Origin: the human T2T-CHM13v2.0 reference genome, Homo sapiens
Length of the DNA: 64,000 nt
Reading direction: 5' to 3' (one strand)
Assembly (NCBI RefSeq): GCF_009914755.1
Contig: NC_060927.1
Of the stretch, positions 40,370 through 51,722 are shown piece by piece. A model generated the notes under the pieces. The model did no database searches, was not told the origin of the DNA, and was given only the letters and a program-made list of their open reading frames with translations. Position 1 is the first letter of the stretch. Every line of letters starts with the position of its first letter. The position numbers were made by a program, and so were the translations under genes.

Positions 40370-41686
40370 TATAGAGGAGAAAAGGTAACATCTTTTTCTC
40401 ACCCATTGCAGGGTTCATGATTAAGATCCCTGTAACAGAAAACCAGATTAACAACAGAAAAGCATACAGATTTATTTAATATAAGTTTTATGGAATACTG
40501 AAGCCTACAGAAATGAAGACCTAAATAAACAGGGTGTAATGTTGTAAAATATATATTTGGTCTTCATGCCATGTCCTGGCATATGATTTCTAAAATCTTT
40601 GGAATCTCCAAAGTGCTGTTTTTCTGTATGCTAATGTTGACTGACCACTTCAAGATGGGTCTGGTCACCAGAAAGACAAAGTCATGCTTAGAGGATTGGT
40701 ACTTTCAACCCCAACCTTTGGGGAAAGAAGAGGGACTGAAGGTCAAGCTGATCACCAGTGGTCACTGTCTTAACCAATCATGCCTATGTAAAGAAGCCTT
40801 CATAAAAACCCAACAGGACAGGGTGCAAAGAGCTTCCAGAAAGCTGAACCCATGGAGGATCCTGGAGGGTGGCTCACCCAAGCAGGGCGTGGAAGCTCCA
40901 CGCCCCTTCCCCAATACCTCGCCCTATGCATGCCTTCATCTGTATCCTTTGTGATATCCTTTATGATAACCAGCAAACATTGCGTTCCCCTGTGTTATTT
41001 GAGCCACTCTAGCAAATTAATTGAACCCACAGTGGGTCATGGGAACCTCAACTTGAAGCCAGTCAGGCAGAAGTTCCAGAGGCCCAAATTTGCAACTGAT
41101 ATCTGAAGTGGGGGAGCAGTTTTGGGGACTGAGTCTTCAGCCTGTGAGATCTGACCAGGTATATTCAAAATGATATAGAAGGACCCCCAAGTGGTATCTG
41201 CTGCAGAATTCATTGCTCACTTGGTGGTGGGAAGAAACCCCCTCCCACGCACACACATTTGGTCACAGAAGTCTTCTGTGTTGATGATTGCTGTGGTGTG
41301 AAAGCAGAGGGAAAATTGTTTCAGTTTTTTCTAAACACAAGGAAAACTATTTTTATGTTTACATTTGATGAAGAGTGGAAAGTCCTATAGAGATATGATT
41401 GAACAAAAAGGGGCATGATCTAAAGGAAATAAACGGGGGAACTTAGCACGGCCTGTTTGTTCAGCTTCTCCTTAGAGTCTCTACCTTCATTCCTTTCCTC
41501 TGGATATAGGGAGGACCCCTCTGGAATGCAGGTCTTATGACCTACTTTAGATGAAGGTCAGAAAATCTTTTATGTCCTGCTTCAGGGGAGAACCACAGGA
41601 GGAGATTAGAAAGACCTTCCTGCTTCTGCTGTTTGCTGAAGTGACAATATGCCATATTTTGGGGTAGCGTGTCCTGAACCTAATCA
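40370..41686 (-). mobile_element. ERV1 solo LTR (MER31/MER67-like), split by MER21
   Basis: Minus strand begins TGATTAGGTTCAGGACACGCTACCCCAAAATATGGCA; sequence is continuous across the insert. Confidence 0.75.
40535..41339 (+). mobile_element. MER21-type LTR nested in another LTR
   Basis: TGTAATGTTGTAAAATATATATTTGGTCTT...GGTCACCAGAAAGAC...GGTCACAGAAGTCTTCTGTGTTG...ACA; TSD aggg/agga. Confidence 0.85.
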
Positions 41687-41769
41687 ATAGGCTCACTTGT
41701 AAAATGAGAATGTTGAGAGATAATGAAATAATTATAGAAAGAAAGAAATCTGAAATGAATGTACAAACA

Positions 41770-41990
41770 ATAGGCTTTAGATTCTCACAGACCTGGATTT
41801 TTGTTCTCAGCTCTGTCATTTAGGCATATTGCCTTGGGAAAGGAACTTAAGTGTTCACAAAGTCTCAGATTTGTGATCCGTAAAATCCAGATGATGATAA
41901 TACCTTCATCATGGTTGAAATGAGACAATGCATGTAAAGCACTTAGTGAGAAGCCTGTCATGGAGACATGGCCGTTAAATGTTAGCTATT
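41770..41990 (+). mobile_element. MIR
   Basis: CAGACCTGGATT...CAGCTCTGTCA...CCTTGGG...CTCAG...GTAAAAT...ATGCATGTAAAGCACTTAG. Confidence 0.7.
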
Positions 41991-42694
41991 TTCACTACCA
42001 TTGTGGATTTTATCCTTCTACAGAACTAGTAATAATAATCATAATAGCACTAGCAATCTAGTAATTATAGTAGTGATCACTCATTATTGAAATGGGCTCC
42101 CCCTGTTGGCCAGGCAGTGTTGGGACTTTTATCTGATTGTTCTCTAAATTTCACAACAATTTTTTTAAAAAAATCAGTATTATTAATAAATATTATTTAG
42201 TACTATTTATAAAGCAGGTGAGACTCAGAGTGTAAGTAATGGTTCTAACATCTCATAGCTAGACACAGAGGAGCTGGGATTTAAATTCAGACATGTATGA
42301 TTCCAAACAGTTCTTCATACTGTTCTGTAGAAAAATCTATGTGTAGCCCTAGGAAATGATGTGACTTTATATAAGCAAGAGCAAGTGGGGAAGTGTTGGG
42401 GTTGGAGATGTTTCACTGGTTGGGTTGCCTGGGATTGGATGCTATGCCAAAAAAGAACCTAAGAGTGAAAGAGGAAGATAGCACCTGTGGAGTAAGCCAG
42501 GCTGCCAATGCCAAGGAACCCATGGTCCAAAGACCAAACCAAACAAGTACTCAGCCCCAAAGACAAGGCAATTATAGGCAAGCAGTACTCAATGAGAAAA
42601 CCAACCAGAACAGAACCAGAGACAGCCAGTGGGAGCTTACTCAGCCTGTGTTCATTCCCGTTGGGGTTGGGAGTGGTATAGGAAAATGTTGTCG

Positions 42695-42868
42695 TTTATT
42701 TATGTATTTTTATGTTATTTTGGAGACAGGGTCTCGCTCTGTCACCCAGGCTGGAGTGCACTGGCACTATTATAGCTCACTGTAAACTTGAACTCTTGGG
42801 CTCAAACGATCCTCCTTCCTTGGCCCCCAAAGCTCTGGGGTTACAGGCATGAGGCACCACGCTGGGCC
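42695..42868 (-). mobile_element. Alu monomer (FAM/FRAM-like)
   Basis: Single-arm antisense Alu ending ...GCTGGGCC. Confidence 0.8.
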
Positions 42869-43339
42869 CAGTTCGAGAGTATTCATAACATTGGTTGGGC
42901 AACTTGCTTTGGAAGGCTGTACTATCTTGCTTTATCTGAGATATTCAAGTGCTTTTAAGATCTTTATCAACTCCAATTAGACTTCAACAGCATTTGGCAG
43001 CTTTCTACATATATCGTGTTTCAAGGTTGTTGATATCTCTTGTTTTTATCTATGGTAGAGCTTTCACTTCCCTTTTACATTCTACTTGTTGCTTTAGGGT
43101 GATCTCCACCAGGAAAGGAATCAATAATTCGCTTTATGTACCCAGTAGAAAACTGTATGTTTCTAAAAACCTTCTAAAGGAAGCAGCTACTGAAAAACAA
43201 CATAATAAAAGGAAAATGAATTGTGAAAATACATATGTAAAGGGATAAATTGTATATGTAAAGGAAAGTAAAAGCCAGGAGCCTATTTTACATTATACAG
43301 CCTTATAATTTGGAAATTTCTTCATAGCATCATTATAAT

Positions 43340-43525
43340 GTGAGGCAGTATGGAGTATGATTAAGGGCATGGATTTTTAAATCAGCAACCTCTGTTTAAG
43401 TCCTACCTGTTACTTTAGCAAATCAGTTGTCTTAACCCTTTATGTAAAAAAGGGAATATCAGGGGGATTTATCTTACAAAATTGTTTTAAGGATTAAGTG
43501 AGCTACTCTATGCAAAGCACATTTC
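43340..43525 (+). mobile_element. MIR
   Basis: GAGGCAGTATGG..TGATTAAGGGCATGG...TGTAAAA...AAGGATTAAGTGAG...AAAGCAC. Confidence 0.7.
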
Positions 43526-43532
43526 AAGTCCC

Positions 43533-43895
43533 TGTCTTAGTCAGTTAGAGCTGTCATAACAAAATACCATAAACTGGGTAGTTCGAACTATAGAAATTTG
43601 TTTACTTAGAGTTTTGGAAGCTGAGGAATACAAGATCAAGGTGCCACCTGACTTCCTTTCTGGTGAGGGCTCTCATGCTGACTTGCAGACAGATGCCTTT
43701 TTGCCGTGTCCTCACATGGCTGAGACAGTGCGAGCTCTTTGGTATCTCCTTTTATGAAGACAGTATCATGTCAGACAAAGGCTCTACCCCATGGCCTCAT
43801 TTAACCTTAATTACTTCCTTACTTTAGATATAGGCATACTGGGGGTCAGGATAGCAACATCTGAATTTTAGGTGAACACAGTTAAGTTCACAGCA
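43533..43895 (-). mobile_element. MLT1A-type MaLR solo LTR
   Basis: TGTCTTAGTCAG...ATAACAAAATACCATAAACTGGGT...CAAGATCAAGGTGCC...CTCATTTAACCTTAATTAC...CAGCA. Confidence 0.88.
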
Positions 43896-43919
43896 GTTCA
43901 CAGCCATCCCCATTACATG

Positions 43920-44147
43920 TTTTAATTTTATTTGTTTATTTCTTTTTCGAGAAAGGGTCTCACTCTGTCACCCAGGCTTATAGTGCAGTGGCATGATCAT
44001 AACTCACTGCAGCCTCAACCTCCTGGGCTCAAACGATCCTCCTGCCTCAGCCTACTGAGTAGCTGAGACCACAGGTGTGCGCTACCATGCCTGGCTACTT
44101 TCTTCACTTTTTATAGAGATAGGGTCTCACCATGTTGCCCCAGCTGA
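43920..44147 (-). mobile_element. 5'-truncated AluJ
   Basis: GATCATAACTCACTGCAGCCTCAACCTCCTGGGCTCAA J-type right arm. Confidence 0.88.
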
Positions 44148-44322
44148 CCATTTTTTAATATACCAATTAAATTCACCAAACATATACTTGTTTAAATTTA
44201 ACTCAAAGATATAACTTCTATTAACATTTCTTAATATATTGTAATTGAGATAAAGCACAGCATTATCATATATCATTATTGTATATTATATGATATATCT
44301 AATATTATTATATTATTATTAT

Positions 44323-44444
44323 GGGATTTATCTTACAAGATTGTTTTAAGGATTAAGTGAGATACTCTATGTAAAGCACATTGCGTAGTCCCTGTCTTAG
44401 TCAGCTAGAGCTGTCATAACAAAATACTGTAAACTGGGTAGTTC
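44323..44444 (+). repeat. Local duplication of 43464-43584 (MIR/MLT1A junction)
   Basis: About 122 bp, with roughly 8 substitutions and 1 indel by manual alignment. Confidence 0.93.
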
Positions 44445-44559
44445 ACAGATGTATGATTATGTATGTGTCATGTATCATGAAAATGATTTACATTTTCTCC
44501 CATTCTCTGTGGCCCATGGCATTTTAAGGACTTCATAAAAATTGGCTATAATTATTATT

Positions 44560-46077
44560 TTTATTGGAGAAGAGATACACTCCATATGCCTCTTCTATTA
44601 AATTTTACCATTTTAGTAGTTTTAAAATGTATAAATCAGTTCTTTTTAGCATATACACAATTTTGTGAAACTATCACCACTATCCACTTCCAGAATATTT
44701 CCATTACCCCCAAAAAGAAACCCCTTACCACCTAGTAGCCCTTTCCAACACCTTCTTTCCCTCATATACTGGGAACTACTAGTCTGCTTTGTGTGTCTAT
44801 GTATTTGCCTATTCTGGACATTTCTTATGAATGGAATTATGCAATATGTGACCTTCTGTATCTGCTTCTTTCACTTCTCATAATATTTTCAAGATTCATC
44901 TCTATTGTCACATGTATCCTTTTCATGGATGAATAATATTCCACTGTATTGATCTATGACATTTGTTTATCCATTCATCAGTCAATGGACATTTGAGCTA
45001 TTTCTACCTTTTGGCTATTATTAATAATACTGCTATGAACACTTGTGTAAAAGTGTTTATGCAGACCTGTGTTTTCAATTCTCTTGGGTATTGTGCAAAA
45101 AAGAGTTAACAGGCCTGACTGCTGCGCTTTGAAAAGCCTGGTTTAAAAGGTTGGCCCTTTATTGGCATGTGGAAACCTGGATTTCAGTAGGGTGCCCACT
45201 ACCCTAACTGGTAAGAGTGGCTCACTGTTCCTAAATTGTGCAAATAATATGGTTTTTTATGAACACCTTATTTCCTTCTGGGAATCTGGAATTTTGGTAT
45301 ATGTCAAGCAGAGGCTGCCTACATGACCAGCCCCCAGTGAAAACCCCGGGTACTAGTCTTTAATAAGTGCCCTTGGCTGGCGTTTTCACACGTGTTTTCA
45401 TAATTCATTGCTGTTTTATGTGCATCTCCTGGGAGAAGACTTGGGAATCTTGCCTCTGATTTCCTCCAGGCTTCACTCCATGTGTTTCTTCCCTTTGCTG
45501 ATTTTTCTCTGTATCCTTTTACATTATGATCTAATAAGTCATAACTGTGAGTATGAATATATGCCAAGTCCTGTGAATCCTCCTAGTAAAACATCAAACC
45601 TGGGGTTGGTTTCGGGGACTCCTAACACAAGTATATACCTAGGGATGAAATTTCTGGATCAACTTTTTGAGCAACTGCAAACTGTTGGCCATAGTATCTA
45701 CACTATTTTACATTACCACCAGCAACATTTGAGCCTTCTGACTTCATGTAATCACTCCAATAATTCTTGCCATCATTTATTTTCTGGGTTTTTTTGTTTT
45801 GGTATTTGGTATGTATTTCTTTAATAGCCAGTCTACTGGGTATGAAGTGCTATCTCATTTGATTTGCATGTCTCTAATATCTAATAATGTGGAGCATCTT
45901 TTCATGTGTTTATTGACCATTTATACATCTCTGTTTGGAGAAGTGTTTATTCAAGTCCTTTACCTATTTTTTAAATTGAGTTGTTTTATCATTATTGAGT
46001 TGTAAGATTCTTTTCATATGTTGAATACTAGATTATTATTAGATACATGATTCACAAATATTTTCTCCCATTCTGTG
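44560..46077 (-). mobile_element. L1MB-type 3' fragment split by MER68
   Basis: ATCACCACTATC..TTCCAGAA...AAAAGAAACCC; TTTATCCATTCATCAGT.ATGGACATTTG; ends AAATATTTTCTCCCATTCTGTG. Confidence 0.88.
45092..45629 (+). mobile_element. MER68-like ERVL LTR
   Basis: TGTGCAAAAAAGAGTTAACAGGCCTGACTGCT...GGTTGGCCCTT...GGGGACTCCTAACACA; 5-bp TSD ggtat/agtat. Confidence 0.82.
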
Positions 46078-46860
46078 CATTTTAAGCACTTCAAAAAATT
46101 TGGCTATAATTATTATTTGTAATCAATGATCCTTCAAATCACTAGGCTTTTCTCATTGACCAAAATAGCCTCATATATATTATCACCATATGCATACATT
46201 TTCTTGGTTTTTTTTTTAACCCTTTAACGTTTGCTATGTTGATAGCATACTGATTTCTCTATGTTGGGAAAGTATATTTCACACATTTTGGTAATTATCT
46301 ATGGAATATTTATAAATATCTCTATTATGTGCTGGATATTTTGCCCAGAGTAGAAGCATATTAACTGACAAGGGCCAACTCCTGAATTCCCTTTTAGAAA
46401 ATGTTAACAACTGCTCAGATCCTACTTCAGGATGCTTTTCGTGTCAAGATCCCAAAGGTTTGATAAAGAATGGTTGGTTTTCATTTGAGATAGTCATTAC
46501 CCAGACAAGGTTGGTTATATTTCACTTAATGTTTTTATGGCTTCTAACACAACCAGTAGTTTTCTATTTATTTCCTGGGAGTAGGGAAGGATAGTTGTGT
46601 TGCTTGAAGTGTATTTTTTATTATTTTTGCTATTAAATGAGAACAACAAAAATTCACTGTAATTATTAACTTTCTTTCATTTTCACATTTATTTCTGTAA
46701 TTTCTCAAGTCCCTGAAATACCCTGAAGAGACTTATCTAGTTAAATAGTTAATATTTTGTTGTGAAAGTTTTACTATAAGCCAAACATTTTACTTTTTGT
46801 TTTTAAAGTAAATGTAGACATATGCACATTCATATGCAAAATGATGGGCCCAAATTGGAT

Positions 46861-46996
46861 CAGGGATTTTTAACCTGAAATCCATAGATTATCTTCAGGG
46901 AGGTGTCTGAAGCCCCTGAAATTGCATGTACATATTAACTCCCCCCATCTACTTATCAATGTGTTCTCTAATTTAAAAAATGATTAAGAACTACTG
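46861..46996. mobile_element. hAT MITE (MER103C-like)
   Basis: CAGGGATTTTTAACCTG..ATCCAT...CCCCTGAAATTG...TTAAGAACTACTG. Confidence 0.6.
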
Positions 46997-47268
46997 GACT
47001 AGATAAGTCTTAGATCTGTCCAGATTAGGTTATTTTTAAAAATTCAGTTACTAACCATCAGCTTGTCAGTGAAGATATGTTCAATGAAGGAAGGGAGGGA
47101 CCTTGTCAATCTTTTTTCACTATTGTATCCTCTACATGTGAAACACGGTACGTACTCAGAAAACATTTGTTGAATTAGTCAATGAATGAATGATTAAGGA
47201 ACAATTTCTCCATAGAGTGACCTAACATTAGAACATTAGAAACAAGGTTCATAAGGACAAGACTTCAC

Positions 47269-47693
47269 TTTTTTTTTTTTTTTTAGACAGAGTCTCACTC
47301 TGTCGCCCAGGCTGGAATGCAGTGTCATGATCTCGGCTCACTGCAACCTCGCCTCCTGGGTTCAAGTGATTCTTCTGCCTCAGCCTCCCAAGTAGCTGGG
47401 ACTGCAGGAATGCACCACCATGCCCAGCTGATTTTTTAGCAGAGACAGGATTTCACCATGTTGGTCAGGCTGATCTCGAATTTCTGACCTCAGGTGATCC
47501 ACCTGCCTCGGCCTCCCACAGTGCTGGGATTACAGGCATTGAGTGACCACGCCCAGCTAATTTTTATATTTTTAGTAGAGACGGGGTTTCACCATGTTGG
47601 CCAGGCTGGTCTCAAACCCCTGACCTCAGGCGATCCGCCTGCTTGGGCCTCCCAAAGTGCTAGGATTACAGGCGTGAGCCACCACGCTGGGCC
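47269..47693 (-). mobile_element. Composite AluS: left-left-right trimer inside one TSD
   Basis: Full Alu 47269-47557 plus an extra left arm 47558-47693; TSD aagacttcactttt at 47259-47272 and 47694-47707. Confidence 0.92.
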
Positions 47694-48719
47694 AAGACTT
47701 CACTTTTGAAATAGAATGAAAAGTTAATTTACATAGAAAATTCAAAAATTGACTTTCTTGGTGGGCTAAGCCTCAGCTAGTTCTCTCAAAGACCTTCCAG
47801 AAGAACCAGGTTCTATTATAAACAATAGTTGACAAGTAATCAGGATATGTAGTGTTCAGCCCTAGTTCTGCTATATACCAGCTTATTCTACATTCCAAGT
47901 TGTTTTGTTTGTTCATTAACTCATTCATTAAGGATGGATCAGATATCCACAGGGTGGCAGAAAGAATGATAAAAGCTGGGGAACAATGACCACATTAACT
48001 CAAGTGTCTATCTTCTAAGAGCTTGCAAGCAATAGACAAGTAAGTAAAGTATTATAAGTGTGACTAGGGTAAGTATCATGGTGTACAGAATGCTTTGAAA
48101 GCAGAAGGAAAGGCCATTTCATTATAGGGAATTTTTTGTTGCCTGACAAAAATACAGATATTTCCTATTTTTTGCTACATTACACTTTGCTTCTTTTTGA
48201 TGTCAATGAGATAGAGATGCCATGACATCAAAAGCCAGAAACCAACCAAAGGGATTTATACTGCTTTTATACCCTATTAAATGCAGGTAGACATTACCTA
48301 CCCTCTTTCCAGCCCTGTCTGAAGGTGGCTTTCTTTTATAGTCTAAACTATTCTGAGCCTGAACATTGAGCATAACTCGTTCAGAGACCTGGGGAAGATT
48401 AAAGGTAGGTTTTCTGGGACTTACACCTGAATTTTTATGTACCCAACTGAGCCATCAGTTTTGGGAAAGAGAGGGCAAAGGTGGAAAGATGTGCTTGCTC
48501 ACTTTATTACTCTCCTAGAGGCAAAAAATTTGTGTCCATGGTGATTTATGTTCAAAAAGATCTTATTCCATCTAGACCACAGAAAGTCACATGTGTCTTC
48601 CTATCTATTAGATAAACACTAAACAGAAACAAGGGTGCATTCTCCTTCCTATGCCAAACACTTCCCCTCCCCCAGCATTATAGACTTTAAAGAATTTAAA
48701 GACATTTTGTGTTTACATA

Positions 48720-48905
48720 CTTGTGTAAGAATTATTAGGTGCCAGAAACTAATCTCAGCACTTTAAATATATTAAGGGATTTAACACTCACATCCTATAA
48801 ACTGGGCTCCATTTCACAAGGAAGTTGAGGCACAAAGTCTAAGTAACTCACTCAATGTTGCATAGTGGTAGAGCTGAGATTTTGAACCCAGGCACTGTGG
48901 TTTTG
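48720..48905 (-). mobile_element. MIR
   Basis: CCATTTCACAAGGAAGTTGAGGCAC...AAGTAACT...GAGCTGAGATTTTGAACCCAGGCA. Confidence 0.7.
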
Positions 48906-48936
48906 ACCCCTATAGCTTATAGACATTAGCATATTC

Positions 48937-49241
48937 TTTTTTTGTTTGTTTGTTTGTTTTGAGACAGAGTCTTGCTCTGTTGACCAGGCTGGAGTGCAGT
49001 GGCATGATCTCGGCTCACTGCAACCTCCACCTCCCAGGTTCAGCAATTCTCGTGTCTCAGCCTCCCGAGCAGCTGGGATTACAGGCATGTGCCACCACAC
49101 CTGGCTAATTTTTATATTTTTAGTAGAGATGAGGGTTCACCATGTTGGCCAGACTGGTCTCCAACTCCTGACCTCAGGTGATCCACCCACCTCAGCCTCC
49201 CCAAATGCTGGGATTACAGACGTGAGCCACCACGCCCAGCC
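48937..49241 (-). mobile_element. AluSx-like
   Basis: Full antisense dimer with (TTTG)n tail. Confidence 0.93.
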
Positions 49242-49759
49242 AAGATAATTGGTTTAGAATCAGTTTTCTAATTCTATCTGCATCCCTTAAGAGAGAGAAA
49301 AAGAAACAAATCATGGTAGTGGCAGAGTAACCAAGGCTTTTGGGGCCTCACTGTATTTGTCATTAAGTTAGGATGCAGAAATAATACCTGCCTTAGCTTA
49401 TACAGTGTGGGTTGGGGAACTCTGCCATGAACATGGAAGTATTAAGCACTGACACATGATATACTGATGCCACTGCTGCTATTTCATGTCCGGCATTGCT
49501 CTTCCTGCATATGGTACTGAAGGCACACCTACTGCTGTGTGCATGTGTGAGTGTGAGTGTATGTGTGTGTGAGAGAGAGAGAGAATTTGTTTGTTGCAAA
49601 CACACTAAGCACCCTCTTACTGCTACAGGGCTCTGTCAGTTACTGCTGTTTTTGCCTGTAGTGCTTATCAGTGATAGCCTCAGGGTTTGCCTGCTCACCT
49701 CCTTCAAGTCTTGGATCAGATATCCTTTTCTCAGAAAGGACTTCACTGTCAACTCTATT

Positions 49760-50106
49760 TGCTATGGTCTGAAAGTTTTGTCCCCATTAAGTTCATATGT
49801 TGAAATCCTAACCCTGAAGGTTGGGCCTTTGGGAAGGGATTAAGTCATGAGGGCAGAGCCCCCATGAATGAGATTAGCACCCATGTAAGAGAAGCCCCAG
49901 AGAGCTGCCTTTCCCCTTTGCTATGTGAGGACACAGCAAATGGGTGCCCTCTATGAACCAGAAAGTGGGCTTCACCAGACACCAAATCTGCCAGCACCTC
50001 GTGCTTGGACATCTCAGCCTCCAGAACTGTAAGCAATAAATTTCTGTTGTTATGAAGTTACCCAGTTTATGTTATTTTGTTAAAGCAACCTGAACAGACT
50101 AAGACG
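49760..50106 (+). mobile_element. MLT1A-type solo LTR inserted in an L2
   Basis: TGCTATGGTCTGAA...CAGCCTCCAGAACTGTAAGCAATAAA...GACTAAGAC; perfect 5-bp TSD ctatt. Confidence 0.9.
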
Positions 50107-50109
50107 CTA

Positions 50110-50335
50110 TTTAAAATTGCAGTGTTCTTCCTAGATTCTCTATTCCCTTTCTTGATATACTTAACTTCACAATACGAATGACCTTTCAACAAGCTATGTA
50201 AATTACTTAATCTGCTTCCCACAGCCTAGAATGTGAGCTCCTTGGACAGTGTGTTTACTTCTCTCTGTCTATCCTCAGTGTGAATAGTCTAGTACATAGT
50301 GGGTACTCAGTAAATACTTGTTGAATGAATGAAAG
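50110..50335 (+). mobile_element. L2 3' end
   Basis: CTAGAATGTGAGCTCC...ACATAGTGGGTACTCAGTAAATACTTGTTGAATGAATGAA. Confidence 0.75.
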
Positions 50336-51318
50336 ATGTTAATCCATTATCCCCTGTCAGTTACTTCTTACTTAGTTGACATGTTTCTCAAGCAAGCAGA
50401 TGCTTTTGCAATAAAGGTAGAGAAGGTCACAGTCATCCACCTTCTCTGTGGCTAGAGGTGTATGGGAAGGGATTTGAGGATCATTTGATAGCGAAATGAA
50501 GAGGACAGGTGGATGACTTATTCAAAAGACCCAACAACTCAATGGACGTGCTTTTTACCTCATCTTAAGAAAGCTAAGAAAACGTTTTTTTCCTCTCTTT
50601 TGATAAGCCTGTGAATTCAAGTCAATGGCATTTTTTCTGCTGCCATTTATCCTTTCACAGAAAGGGTTTTTGCTTTGTGTTTGCCCAAATCAGTGTGCAT
50701 GCCACTTTACCTTATGACAAAATGACATAGAAAAGGCAGAATGCCCAATAATTGGTGCAAATTTTATGCTTGTCATTTTGAAAGGTTATAAATCCCCTCT
50801 TTTATAATGTTTTCTATAGAGGATACTTTAGGACAGAATATCCCTTCTGTACATCAATATGCTGCTAATTCCAAAAAAGAACAACTTTGTAATTTGAAAG
50901 AATTGGTAACAAGTGTGGCATATGATGAATCACATTTATCCATTCTGCTGTCTATTGAAGGGAAATGGACTTTCACTTGTTTCCTTCTAAACCAAAGTTT
51001 CAAGACATAAATATTGACAAAATAGATTATCTCTCTTCCTAAGGGATGATTCCATCATTCTTTCCCACTATATTTCTAGGTAAAAGTGGACCAGTTTTAC
51101 TGTTATCCAAACAATAAATGGGAGGAAACTTCAGGTACTATGAAAAACATTTCATTTTTAATTGGAAAATCAAGATTCTGGTGAGAGCTCCATCACTGCG
51201 TATCTGTGTGACTTTGGATACACCACCTAATCTTTGCAAACCTTTGTTTACTCGCCTCAAAAAGTGGGGTTTGATAAAAATCTGAACTCACTCACATTTA
51301 ATATGCCATTTTACTCAC

Positions 51319-51722
51319 AGCCTTAGTCCATTTGTGCTGCTATCACAAAATACCTGAGACTATATTATGCATAAAGAACAGAAATTTATTTCTCACTATT
51401 CTGGAGACTGGAGAGTCTAAAATCAAAGTACCGGCAGGTTTGGTGTCTGGTGAGGGCTGCTCTGTGCTTCCAAGGTGGCACCCTGTTATTGCGTCCTCCA
51501 GAGGGGATGAAGGCTGTGTCTTCACACGGTGGAAGGGACAAAAAGGCAAGAGGGTTGAATGCTGTTTGAAGGCTCTTTTATGAAGGCCTTAATCCCATTC
51601 ATGAGGGAGGAGTCCTCATGACCTTATCACTCTCCTAAGGGCCTTACCTCTAAATACTGTTGCGTTGAGGATTAAGTTTCAACATAAATTTTGAAGGGGG
51701 CACACACATTCAAACCATAGTG
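51319..51722 (-). mobile_element. MST (C/D-like) solo LTR
   Basis: CTTAGTCCATTTGTGCTGCTAT.ACAAAATACCTGAGACT...CTTCCAAGGTGGCA...ATTCAAACCATAG; TSD ctcac/ctcag. Confidence 0.88.

Noticed and set aside
40571-40954. 127-aa ORF as a retroviral protein
   Set aside because: It lies within a MER21-type solo LTR, which is non-coding.
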